DNA of 64,000 nucleotides from Adineta vaga (Eukaryota > Animalia > Rotifera), in NCBI GenBank assembly GCA_021613535.1, contig CP075496.1, forward strand, positions 6,262,001 through 6,326,000, given 5' to 3'. Positions within the stretch are counted from its first letter, which is position 1. Each line of letters starts with the position of its first letter. This document shows positions 55,350 to 64,000 of this stretch, one piece after another. Under the pieces are notes generated by a model, which ran no database searches, was not told where the DNA came from, and saw only the letters and a list, made by a program, of their open reading frames with translations. Made by a program: the position numbers and the translations under genes.

Positions 55350-58300
55350 ATGAACGATTCGGGACGGTATAGATATTCATATTAATTTCAAATAAAAATC
55401 CTCTTTTTTTTGTTTTCGAATTTCTTCTATTCAAGACGTGTGAATAGTATTATTGTTAAAAATTTACCAGCAAATTATAATGCAGTAAAGATTTTTCCAA
55501 AAGAATTCAATTCGTATGATATTTTGTATTTATCTAGAGTCAATTGGAAGAACTTTTCTCTAAATTTGGTCGAATTGTATCTAGTAAAGTTTTACCAAGT
55601 AATCCAAATTTCGATGGTGGTTGTGGGTAAGAAATGTCTAGTAAGAAAGAATATACATATTTTTTGAAATAATAATTTTAGTTTTGTGAACTATGCTGAA
55701 GCAGAAAGTTGTGGAAAAGCTGTGGAAAATATGAATAATTTCGTCATTGATCGTTTTACATTACGTGTTAATCATTCATCAGTAATGCGTTATATTTTCA
55801 TGCATTTAAAATATAAAAGAAAACTGTACGTTTCATTTAGACACGAATGAATGGTGGTAATTCCGATCGATCACAAAATGGATTGTAAGTTTATTGATAT
55901 GATTTTCTATCTAAAAGAAATTTTTACATACGTTTAGACATTTTAATGGTGAATCAACTGATGAACGCAATGGAACATCATCACCTAGTATTCAAAGTCG
56001 ATTTAGTGGTTTTCGACCAGCTAGTACACTATCATCAACAAATGTCACACCATCCAAACAATTTAATACACCATCAAGTACTAATGAATCAGAAACATTG
56101 ATAAATGGTAATAGTAAACCATTATGGAATGGTATGAATGGTACACAACAAAACCTAAAAAGTCCACTTCATACTGGTATACGAACGATAATATTGAGTA
56201 TTGTGGTTTTCAAAGAAAAATACTTTTATTCTTTAGAAACAACAATGACTATTCGTGAACATGATTCATTTGTTACAAATCAAACATATACTGTTTATCT
56301 ATCAAATCTTGAAGTACCTAATATTATATTTGCTGCAACGGTAGAAGATTATGTACATGCTACATTATTAATTACGCAAATGAATAAGCATGAACAATTG
56401 ACAAAAATTCAATCTGATTCTTATAAATCAAAGTAAAGAAAGAAGAAAAAAGAAACTTGATTTTGAAACGAAAGTTATCGAATTTTTTTAACATTTTCAT
56501 AGACCAGTTGTAGGACAATGGTGTGCTGCACTTTTCAATGGAGATTGGTATCGAGCTCGTGTTCTTGAAACAGAAGAAAATCGTGTTCGTGTTCAATACA
56601 TTGATTGGTAAAACAGAAATTTTATTTCGACATTATTTGTTTTTTATATTCTAATTTTCCGAATAGGGGAAATACGGGATGGTGTGATTCAATTTTAGAG
56701 ATTCGACCATTACCAAATGAGTAAGCCTTTACATCACAGATGAATGGAAACAGCATCTTCACTTTATATCCTTATTTAGATATTATAAAGATCCAGTTTT
56801 ATGTGTGAAATGTATTTTGAACGATATACCTACAGATGTAAAACCATCCGATGATCAAACAAATGCCATGCTTGATATACTTGGTATAGAAATCGAACCG
56901 AAAAATTTTATCGTAGTGTTTCTATTTCGATTACTTTTTCTCCATAGTTCTGGATGTTAAACTTGAAATGAAAATATTACGTACTGAAAATGGTATTCCA
57001 CATGTTCAACTTAAACTTGGTGAACGAGATTTAAATTCTGAAATATCCGCAATCTTACCTTTGGCAGCACCAACACCTGTAATGAAAAATGACGTAATAA
57101 TAAAAATAATGTTTCTTTTTGTATTTGTTTTATTTTCAAATAGGCTTCAGAAAATCATGTTCAAGAAGTCATGAATTTCGATTCGAAAAAGCCAGAAATA
57201 TCAACAACAGAAATTCATTCTGTACAATTAACAACTGTTGATACTGAACCTGAATGTTTTCATATTTTATTAATACGAGATTGTCTTCCAACTATTATGA
57301 ATGTACTCAAAGATTGGAATGTTACTAAACAACCATTAACAACACAACCAAAACCAAATACACTCATTTGTGCTCAATATGAAGGTGATGATCTTTGGTA
57401 TCGAGCATGGATTAAAAGTGTTACTGGTATGTAGAAAATTTCCTGTCATTTTTTCTAGTGTGGTACTGGAAATAGTGGTATTATCTCAATTTAGATACCG
57501 GTGTTGATGTTTATTTTGTTGATTTTGGTAATGAAGAAACTGTTTCCTTTGATCGTCTTAGTGAATGTCCAGATATGTTAGGAAATATTCCTTGGCAAAG
57601 TGTACAAATTCGATTAGCGAATATAAAATTAACTGATGATGAACGTTATTTACTTTTACGAGATTTTGAAACGGATCGACTTAATATGAAAATAATTTCT
57701 AAAGATCAAGATAGTTATGTAGTCGAATTAAATCATAATGGCAAATCTCTTAGTGAATATATGCTTGATTTACGAAAAAAGAAAGAACAACCAGTACAAA
57801 AAACACCAGTAATAGAAGAAGTGCGTGAAATCATTCGTTCGAATGCATATAGAATTGAATTGTATTTTTCTAATATTATAGGCACCGAAACAATCCACTG
57901 AATCAGCTTTTCATAAAGTAGAATCAGTACGATCAGTGAAAAACACAGAAACTATTCCACAAGCATTTGATGAAGGTAAGTTCTTAATAGCCAAAGACTG
58001 AAATCATATTTGAAATAATTTCCATTGATTAAGTATGAACTATGAAAGATTTTGATTGCAAAGATTTAGTAGTCGAGTTTTGTAAAAACTAGTTTGACTA
58101 AGACAATGATCTATTTTAGCAAAACGTCCTGTACCATTACCAATTCAACCATTTATCAACGAACCAAAGACATCTGCTTCTACAAATGACAATAAGCATT
58201 TACCAACATCCACAATTTCTTCTACAACACCTTCCAATATCTCAAATACAATCCCGAAAATAGTACCTTCAAATGATCAGACTAATAGTAATTCATCTAA

Positions 58301-58415
58301 TGCTGATTTCATCACTATGATAACTGAACAACGTCGACAAAATCGTCTACTTGAACAAGTTATTGCCGCTATTAATACTACCAATGCACTTCTTACACAA
58401 CTTGTTCAACGTTAA
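55350..58415 (+). CDS. RRM + two extended Tudor domain protein
   Basis: Spliced RRM IIVKNLP...LEELFSKFG...GCGFVNY. Tudor 1 CAALFNGDWYRARV..VQYIDWGN and Tudor 2 CAQYEGDDLWYRAWI..VYFVDFGNEE. Stop at 58415. Confidence 0.8.
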
Positions 58416-58787
58416 AACTAGTTTTTTTATTATTCTATTGATAGGTATCAATACATTCTAATTATACTTGAAAATCTTGTGATCATTTCTTCGTTTTTCA
58501 TATCATGACAGTGTGTTTCTTTCTTCAGTCAGATTTTGATACAAATCTATCCTAGTAACTCATTATTTTGATTTTCTTTTATATTCCTCTTTTTCTCTCT
58601 TGTTGTTGTTGTTTTCTTTTTGTTATGAGAATCATGTATAGTGCAAAAATGATGAACAAAGATTTTCTGTTTGATTTGAATTAGTGAAACATTCCAAAAA
58701 CAAACATAGTAGCTGTTAGAAATAAAAAAAAACAGAATATGAAAAGAAATAAAGTATATATATATCTATGTTTTATAGATCTGTAAA

Positions 58788-60050
58788 ATGAATTCATTAG
58801 TTTATAGAGTACTTCCATCGATCTCAAAACTATTAACAAAAAGTAGGTATTATGGCTAAACTAATAAAAGCATAATCTATCTAATACAATCTTCATTTTA
58901 AAATAGACTTACATTGAGTACTTAAAACAAAATTTGATGAAAGAGTATTCTAGGTAATCGAGCATTTGCATCAACGAAAAATGTGAAACATAATGATAAA
59001 GAAACTTTGGTTATCGGTCATCGTAATCCTGATACAGATGCAATAACAGCAGCTATTGTTTATGCAGATTTTCTCTGTCGAACAAATGTCAAGGCAAAAG
59101 CGTATCGTCTTGGTGATCTGAATAATGAAACAAAATTTATTTTGAAACAGGCAAGTATTAAAGAACCAGACATGTTACCCGATGATATTCCTGATGGAAC
59201 AAATGTTGCTTTAGTAGATCATAATGAAAGTAATAAGATTTCGTTTCAAATCAATCGATTTAGTTTTATTCTTTTTGTTAGGTCAACAATCCATGAAAAA
59301 TCTACATAAAATGCGTATTACTCATGTAATCGATCATCATAAATTGGGTGATTTAACAACATCTGAACCGATTTTTCTTCGTTTCGAACCTGTCGGTTGT
59401 ACTGCAACTATTTTAACTAAATTATATCGTGAACATAATCTTGAGATTGATCAAAAAATGGCTTTCCTACTCACCAGTGCTCTTCTCAGTGATACACTTC
59501 ATTTACGGTAAAGAAAATTATACATTTGTCGATGATCGATAATAATATATTTCATGAAATTTACAGTTCACCAACTACAACAAAAGAAGATCAAAAAGCA
59601 TTAGAATATATTGCTCCACTGGCCAAAATTGATGATGTTAAATCATATGCGAATCAAATGTTTGAAGCTAAAAGTGATTTAAAAGAATTTTCAACGAAAC
59701 AAATTCTTCTTCTCGATTACAAAATCTATACATTTAATAATGAAAAATGGGGAGTAGGAACTGGTGAAACATGTAATATGAATGCAATGCTTGAACGAAA
59801 AGATGATTTACTTAAAGAAATGCAAGAAGAAAAGAAAAGAAGTAAATTAAAAGGCATTCTATTTTCCATTGTTGATATTATCAAAGAAAAGAATATCACA
59901 TTAATTCCAAGTGAATATGAAGAAAAAGTTGTCGAACAAGCATTCAAAGTCGATATTAAACAACATCATCTTGCTGATTTAGGATCAAGAATCAGTCGAA
60001 AAAAGCAAATCATTCCATTGCTTGAAGCCTATTTCCATGGAAAATCTTAA
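58788..60050 (+). CDS. ppaC: Family II Mn-dependent inorganic pyrophosphatase (bacterial PpaC type; DHH + DHHA2) with a mitochondrial presequence-like exon
   Basis: GHRNPDTD, VDHNESQQS, IDHHKLG, EPVGCTATI, SDTL, SPTTT and SRKKQ. Exons 58788-58842, 58954-59229, 59282-59507 and 59567-60050. Confidence 0.92.
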
Positions 60051-60144
60051 TTGAATTTTTATGCTTGAAACTATATCTATCAATTTTTGCTCGTTTTCAT
60101 AATATTATATTACTAGAAATCTATAGTTTTTTTTTCTATTTTAG

Positions 60145-61419
60145 ATGATTTCACGATCAATTCTATTTATTCGATCTTGTGTATTGAAACCATCATTTAT
60201 ATTTCGACATATTCATGTCGGAAAACCGGTGCATCAATCAAATAATCGATCATTTACATTAAAAAAGCGAAATAAAAGAGATAAATTCGACAGTGGTGCT
60301 CTTTTTCTACTCGTATGTTTTTAAAATTAATTCTGTATTCTTTTTTTTGGAGACGATCCTTTTGTTACATATGTTCAGATAATTCCTGTCAGTACATTTG
60401 CCTTAGGTTGTTGGCAAGTGAATCGACGAAAATGGAAAATCGATTTAATTGAAACATTAAAATCACATATACGAGCTGAACCAATATCATTATTAGAAAA
60501 GTTTGTTTTAATATGTAGATAACAATTTGATACGAATTTTTTGTTTTTGTTTTAGTTTAGATCGATTGCCGGAATTAGAATACTATCCAGTTCGTGTACG
60601 AGGTAAATTTGATCATTCACGAGAGATTCTTATTGAACCTCGTTCACGTCTTGATAATCCTGCTCAAGAAAATCGAACTGGCGCAAGACAAGCACCTGCT
60701 TCACAAACACATGGTTCTCATGTAATTACACCATTTAGAGTAGCAAATCGAAAGTAAATTCTTAAAATCGAACTCTTAGTTTCTTTTTGGCTGACAAGAT
60801 AGATTTTTATAGTTACGATATTCTTGTCAATCGTGGTTTTGTTCCATTTGATCTTCGAGATCCATCAACACGAGCTGCTGGTCAGGTAGAATTATGTTTA
60901 TATACAAACAGATGGGTAGATAATCATACATGTCATTTCTTGTCAGATTGAAGATGAACATGAAATTATTGGATTAGTTCGAACAACAGATTATGTAAGT
61001 TATTTTTCCTTGATAACGAATTAGAATAGTATCAAACTATCAAATCATTAGTTAAATGCCATGTGGAATAAGAATGAACCATCGAAAAATATTTGGCGTA
61101 CTCGTGATGTTGCAGAAATGGCTGCTGCAATGAAAACAGCACCTATTTTCATTGACGAAGTCAAAAGTATGAAATCAAATTTTTTTGTTAGTTTAGAAAC
61201 CATGAGAAGAGATAACTACCTTATTCTAGGCACATCTGTTCCTGGTGGTCCAATTGGTGATCAAACAAATGTTCAATTACGTAACGAACATCTTTCGTAT
61301 ATTGCTACCTGGTAATTTAGAATACTATTTAATAAAGATTTTCTATTCTCACTTTATCTTTTAGGTTTTCTCTTTCAGCTCTAACGACTTTTATGTGGCT
61401 TCGTAAATATGTTTTATAA
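60145..61419 (+). CDS. SURF1: SURF1 cytochrome c oxidase assembly factor
   Basis: [42 protein letters not shown] and [16 protein letters not shown]. Multi-exon. Confidence 0.93.
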
Positions 61420-61562
61420 ATAGATCATCCACTAAAACAGAGTCTTGTATCTCAGACCAACATATCCATTGAAATGATTATCAATTTGCATTTTCAAAAG
61501 TTGAATAAAATATGATTTATAAAACAAAAACTGAAATTACAATTATTAACAATAAGAAAGAT

Positions 61563-61847
61563 TTATGCGTCGGCAACGTCTGCACTTCCACCGTCGTAAT
61601 CTTCATCTCCCATTTCTTGACCAAATATATAGTTATCAACACGTTTCCATGCTTCCGATCGCATCATCGGACCAAAGATCATAAAAATAACTCCTAAAAA
61701 ACATAAAATCGAAAGAATACCAATTAGAAAAATATTCGATATTCTCTCGAGTGTTGGCGATATTGATGAATGAGTAATGATGGTACAATCACTAATATTC
61801 TCTGTAAGATTATGAATAGAAGTAGTCGAATTCAACAATGTGTACAT
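61563..61847 (-). CDS. Small single-pass membrane protein, unknown function
   Basis: 94-aa ATG ORF with Ser/Thr-rich N-terminus carrying N-x-S/T sites, a ~22-aa hydrophobic segment and an acidic tail. Confidence 0.55.
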   Translation of the reverse strand: MYTLLNSTTSIHNLTENISDCTIITHSSISPTLERISNIFLIGILSILCFLGVIFMIFGPMMRSEAWKRVDNYIFGQEMGDEDYDGGSADVADA

Positions 61848-62580
61848 GTAAAATCATTATGATAATTGCGTCATTTAATAGTTCATAACGCCATGTAAAA
61901 TAAACGAATCTTAAATAATATGATTAATCTAAAAATCAAAGAAAAAATCTGAGATGACTCTAAATCTTATTCTGATGTACCTATATAACATGGTCTTTCT
62001 TACAAAGCAATCTGTTTCTTCTTGCATGTTTGCACTAATCGATTAGTAACTCTGGAAAAACATCTTGCTTCAATCGAGATTTATCGCTTCGCTTTTTTTG
62101 TTTTACACTTGTCTAGAAAACAGACGTCAATGTCTAACTAATGTTATTAAGAAATATTCTTCATGGCTGGACAATCTATCAACATACATTTAGTTATTCT
62201 GTTGAATGATAGATCGATAATATGCAACAAAAAAAAAGAGAAAGTTTCTCCGTCTCTCACCCTCTCTGGGATGATTAAACTCCAAGGCAAATGACAGCTG
62301 TTTTGATCGAATGATTTCTTGTACAGAAACGTCTTTTTTTTCCTCAAAATGCCAATGATCAAATTTATCAAAGCTTATCTCTGTAACTAGGATTATTCAA
62401 TCGATGATCGAAACGCGCTGCTTATTTGTTCGTTTTGTATTTGTTAAATGTCTTTTTTTTATTTCTATAATACTATTCTATTCATCCAATCGTAGATGTT
62501 TAATAGCAGTTACTGGCTCAACGTAGCCTGTACTGCTACATTTCATTGGACAATTATTCATCCGTGAAAACATTTTGATA

Positions 62581-63261
62581 ATGACGAGTTTAAGTTCATC
62601 TCATGATGATTTTCAATCGATAACTATTTCGGAAGATTCAACTGTTAGTGAAGGAACACGTCGTCTACTTTCGCCCTATAATCGAAATCGATTTGATACG
62701 CTTAATCGTGATATTCAGAATGAATTAATCAAAGTGAAAGATACATTTCGAATTATAACAAATGATCTTAATTCCTTTCAAGGTGGACCTGAACAATTAA
62801 AAGAATTTAAAGATAAAATTCGTCATATGAATTTCATTCTCTTAACTATTAAACAACGTCATGATATTCTTGATGATCGAAATGAACAGATGTTACTCGA
62901 TTTACAAAATCATATTTGGGATATTGCGAAATATTCTGTACGAATAGAAATATATCTATGTACGATTGAACAAATGAAAAATTCAGCAAATGAATTATTA
63001 CAAATAGGAAAGAAAATTTCATCGAATGATTACGAACAATTACTTACCGATGGAAATAAATTAAAACATGAAGTAACATTATTAGAAATACGAGCCAAAA
63101 GCGATTGTCAAAATCTTGCTATACATGAAAATCTTGATAAATTACAGAAACGTTGTGCAATTATTTTAAATATCAATGAACGTACACAATTGAAAACTTT
63201 GAGAAATTTTCAAGTGAAAAAATCTATACTTAACCATTGTCGTAATCGTCTTTTCGATTAA
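62581..63261 (+). CDS. Uncharacterised coiled-coil protein, intronless
   Basis: ~226-aa ORF with heptad periodicity. No family recognised. Confidence 0.6.
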   Translation: MTSLSSSHDDFQSITISEDSTVSEGTRRLLSPYNRNRFDTLNRDIQNELIKVKDTFRIITNDLNSFQGGPEQLKEFKDKIRHMNFILLTIKQRHDILDDRNEQMLLDLQNHIWDIAKYSVRIEIYLCTIEQMKNSANELLQIGKKISSNDYEQLLTDGNKLKHEVTLLEIRAKSDCQNLAIHENLDKLQKRCAIILNINERTQLKTLRNFQVKKSILNHCRNRLFD

Positions 63262-63487
63262 TATTGTTTCACTTTTCTTGTCCAAAATTGATATACATAC
63301 ATACATACGAACGATCTATTTGGTTCTGAAGTGCGAAAATCTGATGACATTTTGTAAATTAGGACAATTGACAGAATGAGAGCAGAGAGTCAACAGATAT
63401 AACAGGAACGATAACAAACAATAACAGTTGCCTAGTTTTGTATCATTGTGGTGCTATTATCAAAAGTAACGCATCAACCAATTTCAT

Positions 63488-63495
63488 TGACGTCA
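63488..63495. promoter_or_regulatory. Palindromic CRE (TGACGTCA)
   Basis: Perfect octamer in noncoding DNA. The target gene is not visible in the window. Confidence 0.2.
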
Positions 63496-64000
63496 TTGCC
63501 AGAAAAAAAATAGAATGAAAGCGAGAAAATAATCACTGACATAATATCTATTTTTGCTCGTATTCTATGTGTTTGTTCCCTCGATACGTTTCTATTTCCT
63601 TTCTTTTTGTTTCTTCAAGAACAAACAAGTTGTCTATTATATCTGTTTCTTAGTACTATAGATTGGATTCATTGCAATAGACATAAAATAAATGTGACGA
63701 TTTGCAAGAAATAAGATGGCAAGAAGATCGATACTGATTGCAATGACCTTGTCAAAAAAATAAATGGCGTATCTAATCACAAACATGAAAATATCATAGT
63801 CTATTGATGAATACGAATTATTTCACAAAAGCAAGATGCATGAAAAATGTAGAAACTGAATAGAATAGAATCGGATCATTATCAAAGTAATGAATCGCTC
63901 GAGATGAAACTTTGAAGGTCAGTACAAGACTTGATCTAATGCAAACATCGATTACTAATGTTTCATTCATCTGTATGCTCTGATGTTATCCGATCATTAG

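Noticed and set aside
55050-55370. RNase MRP/P-like motifs (GAAAGTCC, CAGAGACTG, later TCGGGAC) between lunapark and the Tudor gene
   Set aside because: The P4 pairing is imperfect, the putative 3' strand lies in the Tudor coding exon, and the region looks like a divergent promoter with CCAAT and CRE-like motifs. An Infernal/Rfam search would settle it.
58788-60050. Bacterial contamination as the source of ppaC, the TPR genes and the SGNH gene
   Set aside because: All carry spliceosomal introns, match host base composition and are contiguous with metazoan genes.

Overview
This is AT-rich (roughly 30% GC by eye), gene-dense eukaryotic DNA with many short (~50-60 nt) GT-AG introns. It is most likely from a bdelloid rotifer. 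That assignment is inferred from intron size, a rotifer-type F-box gene and intron-bearing bacterial-type genes. About 26 protein-coding genes can be reconstructed. The left ~10 kb holds accessory genes: two tandem bacterial-type His-motif TPR genes, a secreted SGNH hydrolase, an F-box/LRR gene and an ARM-repeat gene. The rest is mostly conserved metazoan genes: HMGCL, FIG4, archaemetzincin, NSMCE1, a SOCS-box protein, MBD5/6, AK9, PP2D1, CDA, RdgB/PITPNM, RNF5/185, SNAPIN, ATP5S, PHOSPHO-like, KARS, lunapark, an RRM-Tudor protein and SURF1. Four observations stand out. (1) Four co-oriented clusters have stop-to-ATG gaps of 28-372 nt and an apparently unpaired splice acceptor just before each downstream ATG, which suggests SL trans-spliced operons. 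(2) A bacterial family II (PpaC) pyrophosphatase has gained three introns and a mitochondrial presequence-like exon, and sits inside one such cluster. (3) Exon 2 of the lysyl-tRNA synthetase gene can be read in two frames through a tandem GTAG|GT donor, which could give cytosolic and mitochondrial isoforms. (4) Paired ATF4-type elements lie just upstream of that gene. No rRNA, tRNA, CRISPR array or transposase was recognised. Exon boundaries were read by hand and may be off by a few nt.
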